The notes beneath the pieces were generated by a model. That model worked only from the letters and a program-made list of their open reading frames with translations. It had not been told where the DNA came from and made no database searches. From Nostoc sp. DedSLP01 (lineage in GTDB: Bacteria; Cyanobacteriota; Cyanobacteriia; Cyanobacteriales; Nostocaceae), in NCBI GenBank assembly GCA_034530875.2, contig JAVRCJ020000021.1, positions 1-64,000 on the forward strand: a stretch of 64,000 nt of DNA, given 5' to 3'. Positions 20,372 through 29,985 of the stretch are shown here, in pieces; positions within the stretch are counted from its first letter, which is position 1; every line of letters begins with the position of its first letter. The translations under genes were made by a program, and so were the position numbers.

Positions 20372-21472
20372 ATGAAAAATGGTAAAGAATTATTTCTATA
20401 TAACCGTAGTATTTTAGATGCGGATGCTTATAAAACAATGCTAGAGATTGAAAATTCATGGATAAATGAAATTTTCAGTTCTATTCAAGACAGGATAAAA
20501 ATTATTAAATCAAGAGCAGAGTTTAAAAAAGCATTCAATAATTTACTTTTAGAAGAGCGTAATGCATCGCCAGATGATTACCATTACATATCAACTCAGA
20601 TAAGTCTCAAAGAGTTTCAGGTAATTGTCCAAGAATTTGCTATTGATGGCTTAACTGAAGCCCAATCATTTTTATCAATCATTGCTAGGCTTCCACTAAC
20701 AGCCCAAATGCCTATGCTCAGGGTATTAATTGATGAATTTGGTTGTGGTAATTATGACTATTCACATTCTCATCTTTACCATAAACTGCTATCTGAATTA
20801 GGAATGCCTACCAGCATTGAAAATTACTTAGATATTCTCAATCCTGAAAGCTATGCTTTTTTAAATATATTCTATTGGCTGACAATGAGAGCGCCTGATG
20901 TCGAATATTTTTTAGGAGCTTTAGCATACTTAGAAAGTACGATTCCTTTTACCTTTCAATGTTTTGCAGACGCTTGCCAAAGGCTGAATATTACAAATAG
21001 TAAATACTATACAGAACACATTCACATTGACAATTTTCATGCCAAGGATATGTTATGTACATTATGGGAAGTAGAGTCTGCTATTGGTATTGACTATACA
21101 AAAGTATGGACAGGTATCCAGATAGCAAGTTTAGTTATTGCACAAGCTTTTGATGCAGCTTTGAAAAAAGCAAAAGCAGCAGTCTTAGAGGCTACAGAAA
21201 CTAAAAGTAAAAATCAGATGTCAGCTTCAGATTTTCTTTCTGCTAATGTAGATAGTTATTCGGGACATTTTGCCATTCATCTAAAAGAGAAAAAATATCT
21301 ACTTCCTAAAAAATGTCCTCATAGAGAAGGTAGAATGTATTGTGGTTCTATTAATGAAAATAGCGGAACTATTATTTGTCCTCTGCACTTTTCTAAATTT
21401 GATATTGCTACGGGTCAAGTCTTATCAGGGCCTACATCTGAAAACCTCGATATTGTTGAAGTAAGTAGCTAG
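20372..21472 (+). CDS. heme-oxygenase-like diiron oxidase (HDO) fused to a C-terminal Rieske [2Fe-2S] domain (RohS-RohT-like)
   Basis: HDO ligand pattern DGLTEA / DEFGCG...HSHLY / YLES / EHIHIDNFH. Rieske motifs CPH...CPLHFSKFDIATGQVLSGP. Confidence 0.8.
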   Translation: MKNGKELFLYNRSILDADAYKTMLEIENSWINEIFSSIQDRIKIIKSRAEFKKAFNNLLLEERNASPDDYHYISTQISLKEFQVIVQEFAIDGLTEAQSFLSIIARLPLTAQMPMLRVLIDEFGCGNYDYSHSHLYHKLLSELGMPTSIENYLDILNPESYAFLNIFYWLTMRAPDVEYFLGALAYLESTIPFTFQCFADACQRLNITNSKYYTEHIHIDNFHAKDMLCTLWEVESAIGIDYTKVWTGIQIASLVIAQAFDAALKKAKAAVLEATETKSKNQMSASDFLSANVDSYSGHFAIHLKEKKYLLPKKCPHREGRMYCGSINENSGTIICPLHFSKFDIATGQVLSGPTSENLDIVEVSS

Positions 21473-21729
21473 GTAATTCCGAGTTAAAACACCTAGAGCT
21501 ATTTAAAAGTAGAACTGAAAAAGTTTATTTAATATCACAAATCTGTTTTTTGCATATCTGTAAAATTTATGTAAAAGACAGATTATTTTGTCATTGGCTA
21601 AAAACTACTTTACTAATACAAATTTCAAAAAAATACTAAAACTGTTAGTCAGTTTGCATAAATCTCTAATAAACGCTGATAAATATACACAAGCCATTAA
21701 ATTCAACAATCCTAAATAGTCTGACATCT

Positions 21730-23004
21730 ATGCAAAGTTTTGATATTACTTGGGCACGTACCCAATTTCCAGCACTTGCACAACAAAGCAAAGGACGAGC
21801 AAATATTTTCTTTGACGGCCCTGGTGGAACGCAGACACCCCAACAGGTTATTGATGCAATTAGCAAGTATTTAATATATGCAAATGCTAATACTCACGGC
21901 GCCTTTAGTAGAAGTATACAAACTGACGAAACAATAGTTGCAGCTCGCACTGCTATGTCTCAGTTTTTAGGATGTGACAAAGATGAGATTGTATTTGGTT
22001 CTAATATGACTTCTCTAACATTTGCCCTTAGTAGGGCAATTGGTCGTCATTTAAATCCAAGAGATGAAATTATTGTCACAAAACTAGATCATGATGCTAA
22101 TTTTTCACCTTGGCTAGCCTTAGAAGAACGTGGCGTTGTTGTACGTGTTGTAGATATCAATGTTGAAGATTGTACGCTCGATATGACTAGTTTGGTAGAA
22201 CAAATTAATGAAAATACCAAGCTAGTTGCGGTAGGCTATGCTTCTAATGCTGTGGGAACTATAAATGATGTAGCTGAAATAGCACGTTTAGCCCATAATG
22301 TTGGTGCCTTAGTATTTGTTGATGCTGTCCATTATGCTCCTCACGGCCCTATTGATGTGCAGGCGATTAACTGTGACTTTTTGGTTTGTTCGCCATACAA
22401 GTTTTTTGGGCCGCATATAGGTGTTCTTTACGCTAAACGCGAACATCTTGGCCGTTTCCGTCCTTACAAAGTCCGTCCGGCTTCAGACAATATTCCTGAT
22501 TGTTGGGAAACTGGTACGCAAAATCATGAAGCAATGGCTGGCACAATAGCAGCTGTTAATTATATTGCCGAACTTGGGCGGCGAATTGCTCCAGATACTT
22601 TAGGTTATCGCAAGCAAATACTAACAGCAATGAAAGCAATTTGTAGTTATGAAAAACAGCTTTGCGAGCAATTAGTTACTGGATTGCTGAAAATTCCTAA
22701 TTTAACTTTTTATGGTATCCGTGCTTTAGAAAATTTTGATTGGCGTACCCCAACAATTGGAATTCGTTTAGCGGGTTATACTCCCGGTGAATTAGCACAA
22801 ATATTATCCGAACGTGGTATTTCCACTTGGGATGGCAATCATTACGCTATTAACTTAACTGAACGTTTAGGTATTGAAACAAGTGGGGGTTTATTACGTA
22901 TTGGACTAGTTCACTACAACACGTCTGAGGAAATTGAGTTTTTACTAGAACAGTTGAATCAAATTAGTGCTGCTAAATCGGTTCCAGCTTTAGCGTCTAG
23001 ATAA
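21730..23004 (+). CDS. cysteine desulfurase-like class V PLP-dependent enzyme (VC1184 subfamily)
   Basis: FFDGPGGTQTP, VDAVHYAPH, PLP-lysine motif CSPYKFFGPH and ETGTQNHE. The C-terminus GLLRIGLVHYNT lacks the catalytic Cys loop. Confidence 0.85.
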   Translation: MQSFDITWARTQFPALAQQSKGRANIFFDGPGGTQTPQQVIDAISKYLIYANANTHGAFSRSIQTDETIVAARTAMSQFLGCDKDEIVFGSNMTSLTFALSRAIGRHLNPRDEIIVTKLDHDANFSPWLALEERGVVVRVVDINVEDCTLDMTSLVEQINENTKLVAVGYASNAVGTINDVAEIARLAHNVGALVFVDAVHYAPHGPIDVQAINCDFLVCSPYKFFGPHIGVLYAKREHLGRFRPYKVRPASDNIPDCWETGTQNHEAMAGTIAAVNYIAELGRRIAPDTLGYRKQILTAMKAICSYEKQLCEQLVTGLLKIPNLTFYGIRALENFDWRTPTIGIRLAGYTPGELAQILSERGISTWDGNHYAINLTERLGIETSGGLLRIGLVHYNTSEEIEFLLEQLNQISAAKSVPALASR

Positions 23005-23153
23005 TTAACTAGTCGTAAGGCAAATTAAATTACCAGGTTATCAATATAACTTTAAGAATTATTTGAATTCAAAATGATAACCTGTATATCTCAAATATCT
23101 GAAAATTTATCGAATTAAGCTGATTATTAGGAAATACAATTACAATAAATATT

Positions 23154-24338
23154 ATGCCTCAATTAACACTTGCCCAACCTCAAATTAGTAGTGATGAAGA
23201 AATTCATTTGGCTCATCAAATTGTTTGGAGTATAGAGCATAATAAATTGAATGATGCCATATTATTGCTCGATCGCCTTAGTAAAGGAAGCAAGTTTCCT
23301 CAACATTGGCTCCAGGCAACAAAATATGCTTTAAAAAATCAAGATTGGTCTGTTTTATCTGAAGGTTTTATTAAGAAAGAGTTTATCGGTACAGATGGCT
23401 ACTTTCTTTTAGTTGCTCCTCATGAGCTTTCTGGGGAAAAAGGCAGAGTTATTAAGCTGAGTGCTATTTTAGGTAAAGTAATGCCTATAAAGTGCGTACC
23501 GCTTAAAGATATAGAAGAACAAGCATTAAATATCTTTGGAAAACTATTAGAACCAATCACAGAAATTATTCCCTTCACATGTATTTTTGCTTGTAGCCGA
23601 TTTTATAGTGAAGATAGTGAAGCTTTTATCGTGCCAGAATCATGGATGATTCCTGGTAGCTTGCAAGGGCCAGTTCTTAATAACTTAGCGCGTCATCGGC
23701 AACGATTTCATCAAGTTGTCCGCACAAATATTCCCCGTATATTTGAGCCGGAGACAGCTAATCTCTTATTAGATTCTCTAGCAGATGAAGCTATAGGTTT
23801 ACAGCGCCAACACATTGAATATCAATACCATGATGCTGGTCATGCAACAGGTTTAGGTATTAAACGTAAAATCCAAGATAAATTGTTAACTACATATTGG
23901 CACGCTGGAATTGAAGAATGGAGAGCTGATAGTGTAGAGTTTGAATTAGCAATGCGGACGCTACCAAATACAGAAATTGGAAAATTAGTAGCTGCTAATT
24001 TTTGTCTGCGTTTTGGCATAGATGCTCAACGCTGGGGAGGTTATAATTATGATACTCATGCAACTTCTAGTCTGTTTAATTTAGAATATCTTTTTAGAAG
24101 TTCAGCTTTGTATCTTAAAAAAGATAAGCTTGCTCTCCGGAATCCAGATTATCAAAGCTTAGCGAAAGCTATAGAAATTCAGCGTGCAGAGGCTGTATCT
24201 ATTACACGAGAGGAGTTATCTCTCGAACATCCTACAGGAATTTTAGGTTGTTATCACTCGATTAAAGTACATCATTCAACTAAAGAGATTTTTCGTAAAT
24301 TCATCATGGAAGCGTCGCAAGATACGTTAGAAAGCTGA
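23154..24338 (+). CDS. DPP III/M49-like metalloprotein of unknown function (DUF6014-like)
   Basis: HDAGH (HExxH variant) followed about 25 aa later by EEWRAD, as in M49-type HExxH...EExRAD proteins. Confidence 0.55.
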   Translation: MPQLTLAQPQISSDEEIHLAHQIVWSIEHNKLNDAILLLDRLSKGSKFPQHWLQATKYALKNQDWSVLSEGFIKKEFIGTDGYFLLVAPHELSGEKGRVIKLSAILGKVMPIKCVPLKDIEEQALNIFGKLLEPITEIIPFTCIFACSRFYSEDSEAFIVPESWMIPGSLQGPVLNNLARHRQRFHQVVRTNIPRIFEPETANLLLDSLADEAIGLQRQHIEYQYHDAGHATGLGIKRKIQDKLLTTYWHAGIEEWRADSVEFELAMRTLPNTEIGKLVAANFCLRFGIDAQRWGGYNYDTHATSSLFNLEYLFRSSALYLKKDKLALRNPDYQSLAKAIEIQRAEAVSITREELSLEHPTGILGCYHSIKVHHSTKEIFRKFIMEASQDTLES

Positions 24339-24599
24339 TTTTATAAATTGGCTGCTTAAAACTAAACCAGTACATAGTATAATTGAGAAAATAAGAAGTA
24401 ATTAATCTTTTTTATTCCCTATTCTTTTGATTAACCAGTAAATTTCTAACTCATGCCATTTTGATTTGAGATTGAGAATGGTCTTATAAGCTTGAATTTT
24501 GTAAATTTATCTCTCGCAATTAATTTTCAAACTGCATTCAAATAATAGTGCTATATAAAAATATCATAAATATGTATAGTTCTTTTCATTGAATAAGTA

Positions 24600-24635
24600 C
24601 TGGGTAGGATAGCACAACTGTGCTATCCTACCCAG
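24600..24635. repeat. perfect hairpin, palindromic dispersed repeat (possible terminator downstream of the five-gene island)
   Basis: CTGGGTAGGATAGCACA-AC-TGTGCTATCCTACCCAG, a 17-bp stem. Confidence 0.75.
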
Positions 24636-24741
24636 CATTTATGTTGATGTTTGGTTAATTATTTCTTTCTCAACGTTACCTATACGGTAACCGTTATAAG
24701 TATATTAAAAAATAAGGAAAAACAAAACAAAAGGATATTTT

Positions 24742-25272
24742 ATGCAAAGAATCGTTTCCGCAAGGCAATTACAATCAGCTAAAAGTTTCAATTGGGTCAG
24801 TTTGATTGCTGACATTATGCTTGCGGGGATGGTTATCGGCCCTGTAACTGCTCCTTTTTTGGCTGCGTCTGGGGTGTTTTTGCTGGGGGGAATTGCCAAT
24901 ATCATTTACTTTATGGGTCATCATGTTTGTCCCCAACCGACTTTGGGTTTAGATTTAGCACCCCCGTATATTATGGCTGTATGTATGCGCTGCTACGGTA
25001 CTGTGACGGGTTTGCTGATTACTCGTCTTTTGTATGGGGTTACGGGTGGTAAAGGTTTTTATTGGTTGAGTCAATATGGCTGGAATGGTGCGGCGTTAGC
25101 TAGCGTGCTAATGATGGCTTATCCCTTGGAATTGGCAGCAGAGGTTTTCGGTTGGTGGAGTTTCAATAATTATGTGGTTACGCCTTTTGGATTGATTACC
25201 GGTTTGGCGTGGGGATTGTTTGCGATGCCGATTTTACACGGAGGGCAGACTGGTAAGGGACTTCCAATTTAA
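24742..25272 (+). CDS. DUF2085 membrane protein
   Basis: Hydrophobic protein with HVCPQ and AVCMRCYG motifs. Confidence 0.8.
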   Translation: MQRIVSARQLQSAKSFNWVSLIADIMLAGMVIGPVTAPFLAASGVFLLGGIANIIYFMGHHVCPQPTLGLDLAPPYIMAVCMRCYGTVTGLLITRLLYGVTGGKGFYWLSQYGWNGAALASVLMMAYPLELAAEVFGWWSFNNYVVTPFGLITGLAWGLFAMPILHGGQTGKGLPI

Positions 25273-25543
25273 AAAATATTCTATCGGTTTGATGGCAAGG
25301 GAGCAGGGGAGATGGAAAGTTGTTTTGAAAGAGTGAAATTGGTGAAATTGGATAATTTATTTTTTGGAGTTGCCTAAAAAGCAGACTGTTATAGGACTCA
25401 TATTTGATTTGGTGAAAAAAAATCAGCACACCCAAACAAGGCTTTTTTCCTACTCCCTACTCCCCATTCCCTACTCCCTGTCTACGCAAATAATTTCATG
25501 AATCAAGTCAGATTCCTATATTATCTAAGTTTTAGTACAAATT

Positions 25544-26626
25544 TCACTTATTAACTAATTTCTGCTTCTGTCTTAGTAGGGAACTTGCACCTACGATCGC
25601 TAATCCTACAAAACTGACTACAGAAGTGTATTCAGGTATAGGTTTTACAACTTTCTGTACGCTGACATTTTTATCTAAAGCATCAGCTGTATTAAACACG
25701 TAATCAAATGCATTTTTGTCGTTGAGTACAGTTCCTCTTAAAAAAAGTGCGCTCCAACGGGCAATAGTTTCAGTTGCAATATCTTGCTCTAACGTTGGTC
25801 TGTTACGCTCGCGGATAAGATTATCGTTGTTAGTAATTCCATAATGATTAGCACCAGTAATGCTAATCAAGGCTTTGGCCGGGTCTTGAATTCTAGCGTA
25901 TGTTAGTTGAGCATTAGCGGGTAGTGCCACACCATCTCGATTACCCTCCACTAAGGCAATAGGGATGTCATTATTATCAATAACAGAAGCTCCTCCACTA
26001 CTTTGAGCGATCGAGAAACTAGTCCCATAAAATACGCCCCCTTTCAATTGTTGGGGACGATTAAAATTATCAGTACAAAGAGCAGGAAAACATTTACCTT
26101 GAATCGCTGCTATTCCTACAGCTCCTCCAAATGAGTGTCCTAGCAAGACTAGGGTACTGGGGTCGAGTGAATTAGTAATAGGTGATGAAGGTCGAGACTT
26201 TTCACTAAGTATGTAAGTTAGAACATCATTTACTTGCTGTTGTTCCGCAATTAATCCTGTAACTGGGCCTGTTGGGCTAATTGCTGTTCTTGTATGATTA
26301 GGCACTACGACGACAAACCCATAACGTGCCACAGTGCTGGCAAATGTAGAGTAATCAGATTTATCAACTAGCGCTCCTTGCAAGAATAAGGCAATTGGTA
26401 GCGAATTCTGCTGAGGATCTTTATCGGACAAGATTGGATAGTAAATGTCGGCAGGATCTTGACCGCCGCCACTTCTGGGAATCGTAACAGAGTATCTGAG
26501 TGTACTCTCAAAAAGTGGAGTAGGGTTGAATGTAGCACCATTAGCACTATGCTCTACTCCTAGAGCGATCGCCAATGCTCCAACTATAGCCACTGACGAT
26601 CGCTTTTTTGAGGTGAGAAAATTCAT
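25544..26626 (-). CDS. secreted alpha/beta hydrolase (chlorophyllase-like) with PEP-CTERM-like sorting tail
   Basis: Signal peptide, GFVVVVPNH, nucleophile GHSFGG, GANHYG and a C-terminal PIPE-hydrophobic-basic tail. Confidence 0.8.
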   Translation of the reverse strand: MNFLTSKKRSSVAIVGALAIALGVEHSANGATFNPTPLFESTLRYSVTIPRSGGGQDPADIYYPILSDKDPQQNSLPIALFLQGALVDKSDYSTFASTVARYGFVVVVPNHTRTAISPTGPVTGLIAEQQQVNDVLTYILSEKSRPSSPITNSLDPSTLVLLGHSFGGAVGIAAIQGKCFPALCTDNFNRPQQLKGGVFYGTSFSIAQSSGGASVIDNNDIPIALVEGNRDGVALPANAQLTYARIQDPAKALISITGANHYGITNNDNLIRERNRPTLEQDIATETIARWSALFLRGTVLNDKNAFDYVFNTADALDKNVSVQKVVKPIPEYTSVVSFVGLAIVGASSLLRQKQKLVNK

Positions 26627-26748
26627 GGCTTTATCCCTGGTCTAGTTTTGGCTGAAAAAATTGGAACAAAAATTTGTTGATTTCAATCTCAAATCGATAT
26701 TCAAAAAATATAAGAATTCTATCCCTTCAAGACTACTATCTACATAAA

Positions 26749-26786
26749 TTTGTAGGGTAGCACAGCTAACCGTGCTACCCTACAAA
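26749..26786. repeat. palindromic dispersed repeat / probable terminator hairpin downstream of rpaA
   Basis: TTTGTAGGGTAGCAC-N8-GTGCTACCCTACAAA. Confidence 0.75.
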
Positions 26787-26822
26787 GTTGGATATTTACT
26801 ACTCAGGACTGTTTGGGCGATT

Positions 26823-27566
26823 TTATTCCACCACTGTTGCGGAAGCTCCTTCTGCTGCTGGGGGTATACTTGGTAACTCAAGACAGTATCCTGCACCATA
26901 CACTGTTTTGATGTAACGGGGGTGGCGGGGATCTGGTTCTAGCTTGGTTCGCAAGTGACGAATATGGACTCGAATCGTTTCAATGTCGTCATCAGGATCG
27001 TAGCCCCAAACTTCTCTGAGGATTTCGCTGGGGGAAACCGTTTGACCGTGGCGTTGCAGCAAGCAATGAAGTAGCTCAAATTCCAAGTGAGTTAATTTCA
27101 CTGTTTCGTTGAACCATATCGCCTCAAATCTTTCGGGAACGAGGGTGAGGGAGCCATAGTTGAGAATCTCGCTGTGTTTGGCTGCTTGGGGAATGCGGTC
27201 TGTACGCCGCAAAAGCGCCCGCACCCGTGCTAGCATTTCTTCAACTTCAAAAGGCTTGGTGAGGTAGTCATCTGCGCCGGCATTAAAGCCTTCTACTTTG
27301 TCCTGAGTTTGGCTCAACGCCGTCAACATTAACACGGGAATCTCGGCGGTGCGATCGTCCCGGCGCAGGCGTTGGCAAACTGTAAATCCATCTACTCTCG
27401 GCAGCATCAGATCGAGCATGATCAAGTCTGGTTGTAGCTGGAGAGCCAGTGCTTGACCTTTGATGCCGTCCTCAGCTTGACTAACATCGTAGCCAGCCAT
27501 TTCCAAGTTGACGGCAACTAGTTCTGAAATCGCTGGGTCATCGTCTATGACAAGAATCCTCGGCAT
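26823..27566 (-). CDS. rpaA: OmpR-family response regulator RpaA (circadian output)
   Basis: [26 protein letters not shown]...[14 protein letters not shown]...[46 protein letters not shown]. Start reset to ATG 27566. Confidence 0.93.
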   Translation of the reverse strand: MPRILVIDDDPAISELVAVNLEMAGYDVSQAEDGIKGQALALQLQPDLIMLDLMLPRVDGFTVCQRLRRDDRTAEIPVLMLTALSQTQDKVEGFNAGADDYLTKPFEVEEMLARVRALLRRTDRIPQAAKHSEILNYGSLTLVPERFEAIWFNETVKLTHLEFELLHCLLQRHGQTVSPSEILREVWGYDPDDDIETIRVHIRHLRTKLEPDPRHPRYIKTVYGAGYCLELPSIPPAAEGASATVVE

Positions 27567-27723
27567 TCTTAAAAAATTATTACTACTTATTAAGGATAAA
27601 TAAGAACCTTTGATAGATACAAAGATTTTTAAATCGATTCTAAAAAAGATTTTAAATCTTACATAAATATTAAGATTAAATGACGGTGAAATCAAGACTC
27701 AACTAAACGAAATCTTATAGTCT

Positions 27724-28788
27724 ATGATGTGTTATACTCCCGCCTACAATCCGTCTTGGTTTTTACAAAACGGTGTGATGATGACTGTACACACTGCTTT
27801 GTGCGGAAGACGTTATTGGGAAACTACAATTGGCGATGCAGAACCTTCTTATCACGAACAAATCTTTATCGGCGCTCAAGGTGTGCCAATTTTTGGCTTG
27901 GTTGCCATTCCGGAAAATGCTCATAGTACGATTATCGGCACTTATGGGATTACGGGAGAGTTAGAAAATCAATGGTATTTGAGGGCGTTTGGACGTAAGG
28001 CTTTTGCTCAAGGATATGCTGTAGTTTTATTTGATTGGCGCGGTCATGGCAAAACAGCCGAATTATCCCCGACTCTCACTTCCGATGGTCTTTATGAGGG
28101 GGAAGATTATGTCCGTATTGCTGCGGCTGCTAAGGCTATGGGATGTCCGGGAAAATTTTGGTTTACAGGATTTTCTTTGGGAGGACAATTGGCGCTGTGG
28201 GGGGTAAAAGTTGCTGGTGAAGTGATTAGGGAAAATGGGGATTTAGGGTTAGAAGATGGCGATATTGGCGGTGGTATGGTAATTTGTCCGAGTTTGGATT
28301 CAGAGCGATCGCTATCTTATCTAGTTACAAAACCTTTCGGTAGATATATAGAAGCGGGAATTGCCCGGGATTTAAAAAAATTGGCGTGGCGACTACACGA
28401 TTTACATCCCGGAAGCTTAGAAAGAGAAGCAATTGAACGGGCTAATAGTATCTGGGGTTTTGATAATGAATTGGTAATTAATCGGCTAGGTTTTTCTTCT
28501 GTTGAAGCATATTACCAAGCTAGTAGTGCTTTAAAAATATTGCCGCAAATATCAAAACCAACTTTGATTATTTATGCTGCCGATGACCCACTTTTTGACC
28601 CAGCACTTATACCGGAATTGCAAGTTGGTTGCGATAATAATCCGGCAATAGATTTGTTACTTACTAAATACGGGGGTCATGTCGGTTATTTAAGTAGTAA
28701 AAAGTGCCAACGGGAATTTAATGACCCTGATATTTTCTGGGCATGGAATCGGATTTTAGAATGGTTGGAGCAAAAGCGAATGGAGTAG
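27724..28788 (+). CDS. YheT-like alpha/beta hydrolase
   Basis: Motifs FDWRGHG, GFSLGG, AADDP and GGHVG. Confidence 0.85.
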   Translation: MMCYTPAYNPSWFLQNGVMMTVHTALCGRRYWETTIGDAEPSYHEQIFIGAQGVPIFGLVAIPENAHSTIIGTYGITGELENQWYLRAFGRKAFAQGYAVVLFDWRGHGKTAELSPTLTSDGLYEGEDYVRIAAAAKAMGCPGKFWFTGFSLGGQLALWGVKVAGEVIRENGDLGLEDGDIGGGMVICPSLDSERSLSYLVTKPFGRYIEAGIARDLKKLAWRLHDLHPGSLEREAIERANSIWGFDNELVINRLGFSSVEAYYQASSALKILPQISKPTLIIYAADDPLFDPALIPELQVGCDNNPAIDLLLTKYGGHVGYLSSKKCQREFNDPDIFWAWNRILEWLEQKRME

Positions 28789-28837
28789 TAGGGGAGGTGA
28801 TACTATACCTCTTGCATAAAAGCTCAATAATAAAGTA

Positions 28838-29005
28838 CTACCACAATATAGCTGGTATACCAGCAATGACGGAAGCAATACCCGTCCAGAGAGTAAAGCG
28901 CTCAATATCTAGTTCATCCAGAGCAATGCTCATTTGTTTAATTGCTGATAGTAGTGCTGTCAGTAACACTGCAAAAAATGTAAAGTATCCCAAAGTAACG
29001 ATCAT
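28838..29005 (-). CDS. small two-TM membrane protein (55 aa)
   Basis: Hand translation MIVTLGYFTFFAVLLTALLSAIKQMSIALDELDIERFTLWTGIASVIAGIPAILW with GAGG upstream. It is below the ORF-track cutoff. Confidence 0.65.
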   Translation of the reverse strand: MIVTLGYFTFFAVLLTALLSAIKQMSIALDELDIERFTLWTGIASVIAGIPAILW

Positions 29006-29115
29006 TCATCCTCACTATCTCTAAAAAAACAAGTAGTTCTAATAGCTTTTTAACAAGCTTTAGCAAGATTTTTTTGTTCCAAATTTAACAGTTTTTGAGA
29101 AAAATTATTTCCCAG

Positions 29116-29319
29116 CTAACAAATATCTAGTTCAGACAGCCAAATCATAGTTTCATAACCAACTCGACCGATTTCTGGCTCTGGCCCCATAGGCATCTGA
29201 ACCAAATATTCCCAGTTACCTGACTCAAATCGGTAGTTGTTGACGATCCCTTCTCCACCCATAAAACTTACTATCTGTCCATTGTAAAATTTAGGGTCTA
29301 CCAAAAAAGTTGCAGACAT
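29116..29319 (-). CDS. small hypothetical protein (SH3-like beta pattern)
   Basis: PKFYNGQIVSFMGGEGIV...WEYLVQMPMGPEP, with AAGGA upstream. Confidence 0.6.
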   Translation of the reverse strand: MSATFLVDPKFYNGQIVSFMGGEGIVNNYRFESGNWEYLVQMPMGPEPEIGRVGYETMIWLSELDIC

Positions 29320-29985
29320 TATTCGTAGTTCCTTGGAGTAATAGTGTAATAGCTAATGTTGTAACTAAAAGAAAATTTGCTATTCTCTGTCGAGGGTTTT
29401 AATGTATTCTCTTTCACAGGATTTAAGGTTGAGTGAAGTATTATACATCTAGAGTAGTAAAAGAGATAAGTAAATTAAGAGGAATAAATCATAATATTTG
29501 GTTAATAAAAGCGATAGCGGCTACTATAACTGAGCAAGTAGTAGTTGTCTTTACAAGCAGACTTAACATCTAATAACTCTTTTGATAGATTATAAGAAAA
29601 ACAAGTGTAACTAGTTATGTAGATAGTAAAGGCGATCGCACGTGTTGAAGGTGCAGAAAATTAAACTTGATATTTATTTTTTCAAATTTAATTTTTTAAC
29701 TATTACTTGTGGCTATAAATTAAAAAATGATTTTCTTATGTACAATTTCTGAGGGTCAGTTTGTAACAAATATCGTGAATTTCATTAAAATTTTTGTTGA
29801 ACTATAAAGTTCCTATATCTTTTTTGTAAATTTACTAAAGCTTGATAGAAAGATTTAAGATAGCAAAGGCGTATCGTAGTCAAGAAAGCTGCAAAGGTAC
29901 GAAGCGATCGCGTTAAAATTTCCCAGCCAAAATTTGTATTAAGATTAGTTTAGTAAAATGTTGACTGGTGAGGAAGAATATATTA

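Noticed and set aside
21730..23004. NifS/IscS/SufS Fe-S assembly cysteine desulfurase
   Set aside because: It lacks the catalytic Cys loop and has the DGPGGTQ signature of the VC1184-like subfamily. No isc, suf or nif neighbours are present.
18569..24338. Guanitoxin (gnt), streptozotocin (szn) or complete azomycin (roh) cluster
   Set aside because: No kinase, aKG-dioxygenase or aldolase (gnt), no cupin-fused SznF or ATP-grasp enzymes (szn), and no RohP or RohR (roh) in the window. The overlap is only partial.
27567..27695. N-terminal extension of RpaA in the ORF track
   Set aside because: It is AT-rich promoter sequence. The conserved protein starts at MPRIL (27566).
28743..29024. + strand 93-aa ORF
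   Set aside because: It is the shadow of the minus-strand 55-aa membrane protein.
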